The notes under the pieces were generated by a model, which saw only the letters and a list, made by a program, of their open reading frames with translations, had not been told where the DNA came from and made no database searches. From assembly GCA_934096605.1 (NCBI GenBank), contig CAKOMI010000001.1:11776-75775 (forward strand): DNA of 64,000 bases, in the 5' to 3' direction. A program made the translations under genes and the position numbers. Shown piece after piece: positions 29,507 to 38,171 of this stretch; position 1 is the first letter of the stretch, and the number at the start of each line of letters is the position of its first letter. This stretch comes from an uncultured Bacilli bacterium (GTDB lineage Bacteria > Bacillota_I > Bacilli_A > RF39 > UBA660).

Positions 29507-30805
29507 ATGTTGTTTAGTATGTTAGTATTATCTTGTATGTACTTATATAAAACATATGCCGTGTTTACAGAAGAAAAACACTTTAATGTGATAAATGGTG
29601 AGGTGCAAGATCCAGGAGATATCTATTTTGCTTATTATGCAGATAATACAATAACAAGGAGTATGCCTAAGAAAGGAACAGGCTATACTTTAGATACCGA
29701 AAAAAGTAATTGTACTAATGGAGTCATACCAAAATGGGATAATGGCGGTTGGCAATTTATAGGTGATTATAGTGATTATAATGCAACAGATTACACCAGA
29801 ACCAGATGCAATTTGTATTTTAAAAAAATAGATATAACGGCTGTTGATTATATTAAAGAGTTGGCTAAATACGATACAGAAACACTTGCTACAGATGAAG
29901 CTGGAGGTAATGTTAGGTATATAGGAAAATCTCCTGATAATTATGTAAATATTGATGGCGATATATGGCGTATCATTGGCGTTATGAAAGATATAGATGA
30001 TGGTACAGGAAAAAAGAGTGACAGAGTAAAATTAATAAGATCTTCTTCAATAGGAAAATATTCATGGGATAGTAGTGATTCAAAAGTTAATTATGGCAAG
30101 GGTGTTAATGAATGGAGTCAGGCCGATTTAATGAAACTTTTAAATCCTGGGTATGAAAGTGAGTCAGTAGGAGGCTCATTATATTGGAATGGCAAGTCGG
30201 GTACATGTTATAGTGATCAAAAAAATATTACAACAAGTTGTGATTTTACAAGTACAGGCATAAAAGATAAGTTGAAAAGATTAATAGGTAATGTTAATTG
30301 GGGGCTTGGGTCTGTTGATGGAGTAACTTATACATTTGCTAATATTTCTACCATTAAGTCATATGAATTTGAACAAAGTACTAATACGGGTAAAATTTGC
30401 GATGGGACGTATCAAGGAGGTATATACTGTACAGACACAGTAATAAGAACAACAACCTGGACCGGAAAAGTAGGCTTAATGTATCCTTCTGATTATGGTT
30501 ATGCGACAAGTGGTGGTAGTACAATTGATAGAGCAAAATGTTTAAAAGCTGCGATGCATTCTTGGAACAACGATTTGAATTTTTGCTATGAAAATAACTG
30601 GTTATCATGTGGCATTGATGAATTTACTTTAACTCCATCTCCTAGACCTGAATTTGATTATGATATTTTTTCTATTCATAATAAGGTTATTGATAGTTAT
30701 AGTGCGAATGCCTACATAAATGTTCGCCCTGTAGTATATTTAAAACCATCTGTATCTATTCAAAGCGGAGATGGCTCAGAAAATAGTCCTTTTATACTAG
30801 AATAA
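29507..30805 (+). CDS. surface protein paralog C with the conserved C-terminal domain; the 5' end may extend to ATG 29398 after a -1 G slip
   Basis: It has the same architecture as paralog B. The first 70 or so aa are nearly identical to B. The middle region is divergent. The C-terminal domain is conserved. Confidence 0.8.
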   Translation: MLFSMLVLSCMYLYKTYAVFTEEKHFNVINGEVQDPGDIYFAYYADNTITRSMPKKGTGYTLDTEKSNCTNGVIPKWDNGGWQFIGDYSDYNATDYTRTRCNLYFKKIDITAVDYIKELAKYDTETLATDEAGGNVRYIGKSPDNYVNIDGDIWRIIGVMKDIDDGTGKKSDRVKLIRSSSIGKYSWDSSDSKVNYGKGVNEWSQADLMKLLNPGYESESVGGSLYWNGKSGTCYSDQKNITTSCDFTSTGIKDKLKRLIGNVNWGLGSVDGVTYTFANISTIKSYEFEQSTNTGKICDGTYQGGIYCTDTVIRTTTWTGKVGLMYPSDYGYATSGGSTIDRAKCLKAAMHSWNNDLNFCYENNWLSCGIDEFTLTPSPRPEFDYDIFSIHNKVIDSYSANAYINVRPVVYLKPSVSIQSGDGSENSPFILE

Positions 30806-30845
30806 TTCTTTTGAAAAGAAAATAATACTTATTTCTTTTTCTAGT

Positions 30846-30885
30846 AAAGCCTAATAAATACTGCAGCTTATTAGGCTTTATTAAA
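30846..30885 (+). terminator. rho-independent terminator after the paralog pair
   Basis: AAAGCCTAATAA pairs with TTATTAGGCTTT and a weak T/A run follows. Confidence 0.5.
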
Positions 30886-30906
30886 AATATAGAAAGGTTT
30901 TTGTAT

Positions 30907-31455
30907 ATGAATAAAAAAGGTTTTGTGTTTATTGAAACTATAATAGTTATATCAATACTTTTAGCATCTTTGATGATTGTGTATTCTTTATATGTTTCAT
31001 CTATTAATAAAGAAAATAAAAGATTAAGATATGATGATCCAGTTAAATTATATCAAACGTTTTATATGAAACAATATTTAAATAGTTTTCGTCTTAATGA
31101 ATTAGAGAAAAATATTACTAATGAAAATCCATATATTAATATATATGGACAAAGTGATTTATTTGGTGGATCTTTTAGTAATGAAAAAAAGTTTTTTGAA
31201 AGAATTACAGATGAACTTAATATTGAAACAATTTTACTTACTACTTACGATGTGTCTTTATTAACTGATTGCAAAGAAAATAGAAATATGCTTTGTACTA
31301 ATAATAATTTAATCGAGTACTTAAATACTTTAGATAATGATGGAAAAAGTGGCTATAGGTTAATTATTGAGTATAAAGAACAGTTGAATGGTAAGAAATG
31401 TGAAAATAAAAAAGATTGTTATTCTTTCTATTCAAATGTATGGGTAGGTGATTAA
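30907..31455 (+). CDS. type IV prepilin-like protein (pilin or pseudopilin)
   Basis: The N-terminus MNKKG|FVFIETIIVISILLASLMIVY is a class III signal with G|F and Glu at +5. The C-terminal part has paired cysteines. Confidence 0.75.
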   Translation: MNKKGFVFIETIIVISILLASLMIVYSLYVSSINKENKRLRYDDPVKLYQTFYMKQYLNSFRLNELEKNITNENPYINIYGQSDLFGGSFSNEKKFFERITDELNIETILLTTYDVSLLTDCKENRNMLCTNNNLIEYLNTLDNDGKSGYRLIIEYKEQLNGKKCENKKDCYSFYSNVWVGD

Positions 31456-32060
31456 TGATGAAAAGTAAGGGATTTACATTAGTAGAAATTATTGTAAGTG
31501 TAGCACTTATTTCTATTGTGTTACTTTTATTATTCCAATTAATGACTGATATGGAGTATGATTCTTTAACTTCTATGTTTGCTAGTGATAATCAGGTGAA
31601 TAGAGCGACTATCATAAAAAGAATTGACAAGGATTTAATGGATTATGGTCTTAAAAGTATACCTAGTATTAACAATATTACTAATGGTAAACAAATTAAG
31701 CTTAGTTTTAGTAATGGTAGTAGTAAAGATATTATTGTAACTTCTAGTACACTTACATATGATGGGGAAAGTTATACAGTTTCTTCTGGTGGTTCTTATG
31801 ATATTAATAATATAAAGATTGTATCTATACCTAGTAATTCAGAGAAACTTTGTTCTTATATGTTAAATATTGATACAAATAACGATGGTGTATGTGATGC
31901 GAACTGTGGAACTAATGAGAGTAATATGACGAAGAAAAATGATAATTATGTATATTGTCCTATTTATCAAGCTATAAAAATAGTTATACCTGTTTTGTTT
32001 AGTGAAGATGATGTGGCACTTGATGATATAGAAATATTTTATATTGGAAAATTAAGTTAG
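31455..32060 (+). CDS. type IV prepilin-like protein (pilin or pseudopilin)
   Basis: The N-terminus MMKSKG|FTLVEIIVSVALISIVLLLLFQLM is a canonical prepilin signal. Cysteines are present in the C-terminal region. Confidence 0.75.
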   Translation: MMKSKGFTLVEIIVSVALISIVLLLLFQLMTDMEYDSLTSMFASDNQVNRATIIKRIDKDLMDYGLKSIPSINNITNGKQIKLSFSNGSSKDIIVTSSTLTYDGESYTVSSGGSYDINNIKIVSIPSNSEKLCSYMLNIDTNNDGVCDANCGTNESNMTKKNDNYVYCPIYQAIKIVIPVLFSEDDVALDDIEIFYIGKLS

Positions 32061-32128
32061 ATTATAGCTTAATTTTTTTCTTTTACTTTTAAACAAATGT
32101 ATGTTATTATGTTGGTGGTGATTTAAAA

Positions 32129-32683
32129 ATGTATAATTATATAGTTGGAAAAATAACAGATATAGAAGCTAGTTATATAGTACTAGAGTGTAGTGGGATA
32201 GGATATCAAATTTATGTTTCTAATCCTTATCAATTTGAAATTAATAGTGAAACTAAGGTATATGTATATACACAGATAAAGGAAGATGAACATAATTTAT
32301 ATGGTTTTAAAACTAAAGAAGAAAAGGAATTGTTTTTGAGACTTATTAATGTTAAAGGGGTTGGGCCAAAGCTTGTGATGCCAATGCTTGCAACTGGTAG
32401 TGTTAATGGGATTATTGACGCGATAGATAGAGAAAATATTTTATATTTAAAGAAATTTCCTAAAGTAGGAGAGAAAGTGGCAAGACAAATTATTCTTGAT
32501 TTAAAAGGTAAACTTGCTAAAACAGGTGATACGCCTAGTATTGGTGGTTTTGAAGAGTTAGTAAGTGTCTTAGAAGGACTTGGGTATAAAACGGCTGATA
32601 TTAAGAAAATACTACCTAATTTAAATATAAATGATGAGATAGAGGTGCAAGTAAAAGAAGCATTAAAATTATTACTTAAATAG
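32129..32683 (+). CDS. ruvA: Holliday junction DNA helicase RuvA
   Basis: It is 184 aa with an OB-fold N-terminus and HhH motifs ([12 protein letters not shown]). Confidence 0.9.
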   Translation: MYNYIVGKITDIEASYIVLECSGIGYQIYVSNPYQFEINSETKVYVYTQIKEDEHNLYGFKTKEEKELFLRLINVKGVGPKLVMPMLATGSVNGIIDAIDRENILYLKKFPKVGEKVARQIILDLKGKLAKTGDTPSIGGFEELVSVLEGLGYKTADIKKILPNLNINDEIEVQVKEALKLLLK

Positions 32684-32691
32684 GAGGATAT

Positions 32692-33699
32692 ATGGAAGAT
32701 GAAAAAATATTAGAAGCTGAAGAACAAGAGATAGATAACAGCTTACAAAATATTAGACCACAAAGTTTAGATGAATATGTTGGACAAAAAGAAATTACTG
32801 ATAATTTAAGAGTATTTATTCAAGCAAGTAAAATAAGAAATGAATCGCTTGATCACGTGCTTTTATATGGACCACCCGGTTTAGGTAAAACAACGCTTGC
32901 CCACATTATAGCTAATGAACTTGGCGTTGGTATTAAGACAGCATCAGGTCCTTCAATTGAAAAAAGCGGGGACTTGGCTGCGGTTTTATCAACACTTGAG
33001 CAAGGTGACGTATTGTTTATTGATGAGATTCATCGGATGCCTAAATTTATTGAAGAAATACTTTATCCTGCTATGGAAGACTTTGAAATGGATTTAGTTT
33101 TAAATAATGATGGTAAAAGTAGAAATATAAAAATTGATTTACCACCATTTACTTTAGTTGGGGCAACTACTAGGGCTGGTGATATTTCATCACCACTAAG
33201 AGATAGATTTGGTATTATTTCTAAATTACAATATTATACAGAGGATGAATTATTACAGATAGTTACAAGAACAAGTAAAGTACTTAATATGCCAATTGAT
33301 GAAGATGCTGCGAGATTAATTGCTAAACGTTGTCGTAAAACGCCAAGAATTGCCAATCGTTTGTTTAAACGTGTACGTGATTTTGCTTTAGTAAGTGGGG
33401 CAGATAAAATAGAATATGATATGGCTAACGAATCTTTAAAACGCTTAAAAGTAGATGAATATGGTCTTGATTCCATTGATATTGAATACTTAAAAAGTTT
33501 AATTACTAAGTTTAATGGCGGCCCTGTTGGTGTTGAAACAATCGCTACTAGTATAGGTGAAGAGGTTTCAACAATAGAAGATGTTGTAGAACCATTTTTA
33601 TTGCAAGAAGGCTTTATTAAAAGAACACCAAGAGGACGTATGGCCGAAGAAAAAGCATATGATCATTTAAAGATTGATCACATGACTTCACTATTTTAA
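32692..33699 (+). CDS. ruvB: Holliday junction DNA helicase RuvB
   Basis: It has the Walker A motif [11 protein letters not shown] and the RuvB sensor motifs. Length is 335 aa. Confidence 0.95.
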   Translation: MEDEKILEAEEQEIDNSLQNIRPQSLDEYVGQKEITDNLRVFIQASKIRNESLDHVLLYGPPGLGKTTLAHIIANELGVGIKTASGPSIEKSGDLAAVLSTLEQGDVLFIDEIHRMPKFIEEILYPAMEDFEMDLVLNNDGKSRNIKIDLPPFTLVGATTRAGDISSPLRDRFGIISKLQYYTEDELLQIVTRTSKVLNMPIDEDAARLIAKRCRKTPRIANRLFKRVRDFALVSGADKIEYDMANESLKRLKVDEYGLDSIDIEYLKSLITKFNGGPVGVETIATSIGEEVSTIEDVVEPFLLQEGFIKRTPRGRMAEEKAYDHLKIDHMTSLF

Positions 33700-33716
33700 A
33701 AGTAATACCTATATAG

Positions 33717-33830
33717 AAAAATAAACCAGTTATTGATGAAAGATTTTGTGGGAGTGGACGCAAATATAAAATATGTTGTGGCAAATAAGCTCACAAAGCC
33801 TTATAAATAAAAGGTTTGTGGGCTTTTTGC
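33717..33830 (+). repeat. SEC-C-motif relic (…RFCGSGRKYKICCGK*) followed by a terminator hairpin; repeat family member 1
   Basis: An open frame without a start codon encodes a CGSG-KYK-CCG tail. It contains a 14-mer, TGTGGGAGTGGACG, that also occurs at 36967. A hairpin GCTCACAAAGCCTT...AAGGTTTGTGGGC is followed by T5. Confidence 0.5.
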
Positions 33831-33910
33831 TACTTACAATTTAGGTAATTTTACCTCAAAAAAACGTTTAGAATGGAAACAAAGAGATAAAAAATTTAAG
33901 GAGGCATATT

Positions 33911-34717
33911 ATGATAATTGATAATAAGCTTTTAGAAAATGATATTATTAAATCTTTTATGAAAAAATATAAAATTCCAAAAGAATTAAGTATTAAAATC
34001 ATAATTACTGATGATATGGAAAAAGAGTATAAGCATCAATTGAATAAATTTAATAAAAGGTATGATTACATTAGCCCGATTGATTATAATGGTATTACTT
34101 GTGTTCCAAATAGTATCGATGAAGAAACTATAATTTTAATAAATTATGATAGAGTTAAAGATATAAAGTCTAATAATGCTGAAGTAATTTGTACAATTTT
34201 TCATGAATTGATTCATGCAAAGGATTATTATTTTTATTATAAAAATTATTGCAACGGATTATATGATTCTTCAAAGAATAGAGATAGTCAATATGGATTT
34301 ATGAATTGGTCAGAATTTAATGCTAAAAAAATATCTTATCTTGAGTATTGTAAATTATTGCATAGTGAAAAGCTTTATAAAGACGAAGAATTAGAAAATA
34401 TAAAGAGAAATGAATGGCCAATTAAAAACAAAGAAATAGTAGACATTTTAAATAATAAAGATTCAGATATGGAATATATTATATATAATTTAATGCTTTA
34501 TTTAGGGCGTTATTCCATATGGGAAGAATTATTTTTTGGAGAATTTAATAATGGTAATAAATTTCCAGAAGAACTAAATATGTATAAACCAGTAATAGAT
34601 GAATTATATAAAGTTTTAAAAAATAATGCTGGTAAAATAGAAGATTATATAGAAATTAAAAAATTAATAAATTATTTTAAAGGTGCGTGGGTAAACATAA
34701 TGCGTGATAGAAGTTAA
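33911..34717 (+). CDS. hypothetical protein with an HExxH motif (HELIH)
   Basis: It is 268 aa with no signal peptide. FHELIHAKDYYFYY suggests a Zn-metallopeptidase or ImmA-like fold. No further assignment is possible. Confidence 0.4.
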   Translation: MIIDNKLLENDIIKSFMKKYKIPKELSIKIIITDDMEKEYKHQLNKFNKRYDYISPIDYNGITCVPNSIDEETIILINYDRVKDIKSNNAEVICTIFHELIHAKDYYFYYKNYCNGLYDSSKNRDSQYGFMNWSEFNAKKISYLEYCKLLHSEKLYKDEELENIKRNEWPIKNKEIVDILNNKDSDMEYIIYNLMLYLGRYSIWEELFFGEFNNGNKFPEELNMYKPVIDELYKVLKNNAGKIEDYIEIKKLINYFKGAWVNIMRDRS

Positions 34718-34835
34718 AATAAATCTTTTATTTTAGATAAGTTTTAGATAAGTATTTCAAAGTATTGAAAGTGCTTCAATCCCTTATAAAATAAGGTTAA
34801 AATGCTTATAAAATTAGATAAGCTTTTTGTGGGAT

Positions 34836-34864
34836 TTGCCAAATTACAAGAAAAGTGCTATAAT
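34836..34864 (+). promoter_or_regulatory. sigma-A promoter TTGCCA-17-TATAAT
   Basis: It has 17-bp spacing and lies upstream of the T-box leader of metG. Confidence 0.5.
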
Positions 34865-34894
34865 TTACTCATTCACAAAGCCATTGCGAGGAAG

Positions 34895-35165
34895 AGTAAA
34901 AAAATATAAAGCATTTTAGAGAACTCTGTTAGGTGAAAAAGAGGATGTAAGTATTTTTTGAACATGGCCCTCAAGGCGAATGACTGAAATACTCTTAGTA
35001 GGTCATTACGGGGATGCCCGTTATAGCAGATACCTATAACTATGCAAAAGACATAAGTAGGTTAGTGAGTTTAATACAGTAATGTATTAATAAATAAGAG
35101 TGGTAACGTGAATATATTCACCTCTTAGAGACTTAGTGTTTCTAAGAGGTTTTTTGTTTAAAGAA
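34895..35165 (+). promoter_or_regulatory. T-box riboswitch leader (probable Met specifier) controlling metG
   Basis: The T-box-like sequence AATAAGAGTGGTAACGTG overlaps an antiterminator. The terminator CCTCTTAGAGA...TCTAAGAGG plus T6 lies just before the RBS. Confidence 0.55.
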
Positions 35166-35178
35166 AGAGGGAGATAAT

Positions 35179-36810
35179 ATGAATATTATAATTGGAATTA
35201 GTTGGCCTTTTGCAAATGGGGAACTCCATATAGGTCATGCAGCAAGTAGTTTACCAGGAGATGTTATAGCTAGATACCATAGACTTAAAGGAGATAAAGT
35301 TATATTAGTATCTGGTACTGATTGTCATGGTACACCGACTGAAGTAAAAGCATTGCAAGAAAATAAAAGTCCAAAAGAAATAGTAGATGATTGCCATGTT
35401 TCATTTTCTAAAGATTTTAAAGACTTTGGTATAAGTTTTGACTTATACAATAGAACAGATGATCCTTATCATAAAGAGTTTGTTCGGGAACAATTTGTTA
35501 AATACTACAACAATGGTTATTTAGAAGAAAAGGAGGAAGAACAATTATATTGTGATCACTGCAAATTATTTTTAACAGATCGTTACATTATTGGTATTTG
35601 TCCTAAATGTGGATCTGAAATAAAAGGTGATGAATGTGAAAAATGTGGAAGTTTACTTACAATCGATGAAGTAAAAGAAACTAAATGTGCTATATGTGGT
35701 AATAAGGCATCATATAAGAAAAATAGAAATTTATATTTTAAACTTTCAATCTTTCAAGACAATATAAAAGAATTATTAGACTCTAAAAGAAATGATTGGA
35801 GAGAAAATGCTGTTAATTTTACTGAAAGATATCTTAAAGAAGGAATACCAGATAGATGTGCATCTCGTACTTTAAACTATGGTATTGATATTCCAATAGA
35901 TGGATTTAAAGATAAAAAGCTATATGGTTGGTTTGAAAATGTATGGGGATATGTAACTGCTAGTAAAAAATATGCTGAAGAAAATAAATTAAATTGGGAA
36001 GATTTTTGGAAAGGGAATAATAGCAAAATATATTTAGTTCATGCAAAAGATAATATTCCATTTCATACAGTTATATTTCCATCATTATTACTAGCAACCA
36101 ATGATAATTATAGATTGCCTGATAAAATAGTGTCAGATGAATATATAACTATTGAAGGAGAAAAATTATCCAAGAGCAAAGGTAACTATATTACATTAAG
36201 ACATTTATTAGATAATTATCCAGTAGATGCTATTAGATATTATTTTAGTATTTATAATCCTGAAACAAGAGATTTCAATTTCACTTATGAAGGTTTTATC
36301 AATTCTATTAATGGAGAATTACTTGGTAAATGGGGTAACTTTGTTAATAGAACATTGCAATTTATTAATAAATCATTTTATGGTAATTTAAGCAGTAGTA
36401 ATATTGATTCAACAATTGAAGCAAAGTTAAAAGATTTATATATTAATATTGGTAATGATATTGATAATGGAGATACAAAAGAAGGCTTATCAAAAATATT
36501 TGATTTTATAAACTATTCAAATAAGTATTTTGATGAAAATGAACCATGGAAATTAGCTAAAGAAGATGTAATCAAATGTGAAGATATTTTATATAATTGT
36601 TGTAATATTATATTTAATATAAATAATTTACTTAAACCATACTTTGTAGAAACAACAAAAAAGGTAGAAGAATATTTAAATAGCAATATTAGCAGCTGGA
36701 ATTATCAAAAATTAGAAAAGGTTGAATTATCAGAAGAAATAAAACCATTATTTATCAGATATGATAAAAAAGTAATTGTTCAAGAAAGAGAATTTCTAAA
36801 TAAAAATTAA
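35179..36810 (+). CDS. metG: methionyl-tRNA synthetase, short form without the C-terminal tRNA-binding extension
   Basis: It has the class I HIGH motif (ELHIGHAAS), GTDCHG, a CPKC...CEKC zinc knuckle and KLSKSKG (the KMSKS motif). Length is 543 aa. Confidence 0.75.
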   Translation: MNIIIGISWPFANGELHIGHAASSLPGDVIARYHRLKGDKVILVSGTDCHGTPTEVKALQENKSPKEIVDDCHVSFSKDFKDFGISFDLYNRTDDPYHKEFVREQFVKYYNNGYLEEKEEEQLYCDHCKLFLTDRYIIGICPKCGSEIKGDECEKCGSLLTIDEVKETKCAICGNKASYKKNRNLYFKLSIFQDNIKELLDSKRNDWRENAVNFTERYLKEGIPDRCASRTLNYGIDIPIDGFKDKKLYGWFENVWGYVTASKKYAEENKLNWEDFWKGNNSKIYLVHAKDNIPFHTVIFPSLLLATNDNYRLPDKIVSDEYITIEGEKLSKSKGNYITLRHLLDNYPVDAIRYYFSIYNPETRDFNFTYEGFINSINGELLGKWGNFVNRTLQFINKSFYGNLSSSNIDSTIEAKLKDLYINIGNDIDNGDTKEGLSKIFDFINYSNKYFDENEPWKLAKEDVIKCEDILYNCCNIIFNINNLLKPYFVETTKKVEEYLNSNISSWNYQKLEKVELSEEIKPLFIRYDKKVIVQEREFLNKN

Positions 36811-36955
36811 GATTATTTAAAAATTGTAAAAAATTAAAATCAATTTATTTTAGATAAGTTATGCTAGGTTTGCCTGGTGCTCCGGAGTGCTCTGGGGTGC
36901 AACCAAGTGCCGAATTAACGAGCCAAGTGCTCCAAAAAGCTCCCAAAATTCCTAA

Positions 36956-37055
36956 TGCCAAAAGCTGTGTGGGAGTGGACGATGGTATGAACAATGTTGT
37001 GGTAAATAACTCGCACACCCCAATAAAATAAGGGGAAAAGCGAGTTTTTCTTTTT
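36956..37055 (+). repeat. SEC-C-motif relic (…KLCGSGRWYEQCCGK*) plus terminator hairpin; repeat family member 2
   Basis: It has the same 14-mer and the same ATGTTGTGGyAAATAA core as 33741-33788. The terminator is CTCGC...GCGAG plus a T-run. Confidence 0.5.
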
Positions 37056-37170
37056 TACTAAAAATACCTCCAAAATAAGGGTTGGAGCCACTTTGGAGCC
37101 ATTTTGATTTAAATATTGGACTATACAAGTAAAATTTATTAGGGTTTCATGGTATAATTATGTATGAAAG

Positions 37171-37659
37171 TTGGTGATTAAATTGAATTATGAAATAATT
37201 GATGTAAAACAAGAGGAAAAAGAAAAGTTATATAAATTATTACAGTATGCTTTATATGATGGTTCGCAATATATTGATAATGACATAAATGAAGATTGTA
37301 TATTTGAATATAGATGGTTTGATAATTATTTTACCGATAATGATCGAGATGCATATTTTATTAAAAGTGGAAATGCCTATGTAGGAATGGTTATGGTAAA
37401 CGAGAATTTGAAATTTAATAAAGACGGTAAATGCATTGCCGAGTTCCTAATAATGCCAAGATTCAGAAGAAATCATATTGGTAAAAAGGTTGCATATGAA
37501 ATATTTGAAAAATTTAAGGGCAATTGGGAAGTTCAATCGATGGAGAATAATCCTATTGCGCATTCATTTTGGAAGAATATTATATCAGAATATACAAATG
37601 GTAATTATATAACTAAAAATGATGGAATAGGGGATGTATTCATTTTTAATAATAAATAG
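37171..37659 (+). CDS. GNAT family N-acetyltransferase
   Basis: It has the acetyl-CoA binding motif RRNHIGKKVA. Length is 162 aa. Confidence 0.65.
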   Translation: MVIKLNYEIIDVKQEEKEKLYKLLQYALYDGSQYIDNDINEDCIFEYRWFDNYFTDNDRDAYFIKSGNAYVGMVMVNENLKFNKDGKCIAEFLIMPRFRRNHIGKKVAYEIFEKFKGNWEVQSMENNPIAHSFWKNIISEYTNGNYITKNDGIGDVFIFNNK

Positions 37660-37671
37660 AGGTGTTAATTT

Positions 37672-38154
37672 ATGCAAATAGTAGAATATGAAAATAAGTA
37701 TTTAGAAGATGTCAAAGACTTATTAGTAGAACTTGAAGAGTATATTGTATCAATAGATAAAGATCATTTGGATCAAGTTCATCCTGAATATAGGGAAAAA
37801 ATGGCAGTTTTAGATTTAGAAAAAGTTAATAAGAACAAGGGTAAATGTTATTTGGCATTAGAAAATAATAAAGCAATTGGCTTAATCATGGGTTGCATAT
37901 TCCCATATGATGAATATGATTATCTAGACTATAAATGTCCAAAAAGAGGAGAAATTACAGAATTAATCGTTACAAATAAAATTAGAAGTAAAGGCATAGG
38001 TCAAGAACTAATAAATAAAATGGAAGAATACTTTAAATCCGTTGGATGTGAATATGTAATAGTTGATGTATTCGCCTACAATGATATTGGTAAAAATTTT
38101 TATACTAAAAAAGATTATCATGCAAGAATGGAAACAATGATAAAGAAAATATAG
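37672..38154 (+). CDS. GNAT family N-acetyltransferase
   Basis: It has the motif IRSKGIGQELINKME. Length is 160 aa. Confidence 0.7.
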   Translation: MQIVEYENKYLEDVKDLLVELEEYIVSIDKDHLDQVHPEYREKMAVLDLEKVNKNKGKCYLALENNKAIGLIMGCIFPYDEYDYLDYKCPKRGEITELIVTNKIRSKGIGQELINKMEEYFKSVGCEYVIVDVFAYNDIGKNFYTKKDYHARMETMIKKI

Positions 38155-38171
38155 TAAGGGAAGTAAACAAT

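Larger units (their letters stand above)
29349..29614 (+). repeat. leader and 5'-coding cassette, copy 2
   Basis: See the copy at 27811. Confidence 0.8.

Noticed and set aside
36861-36960. Whether the GC-rich stretch is a tRNA or other stable RNA gene
   Set aside because: No cloverleaf can be drawn. It lacks the GTTC T-loop, a D-arm and an acceptor stem. It is kept as a low-interest finding only.
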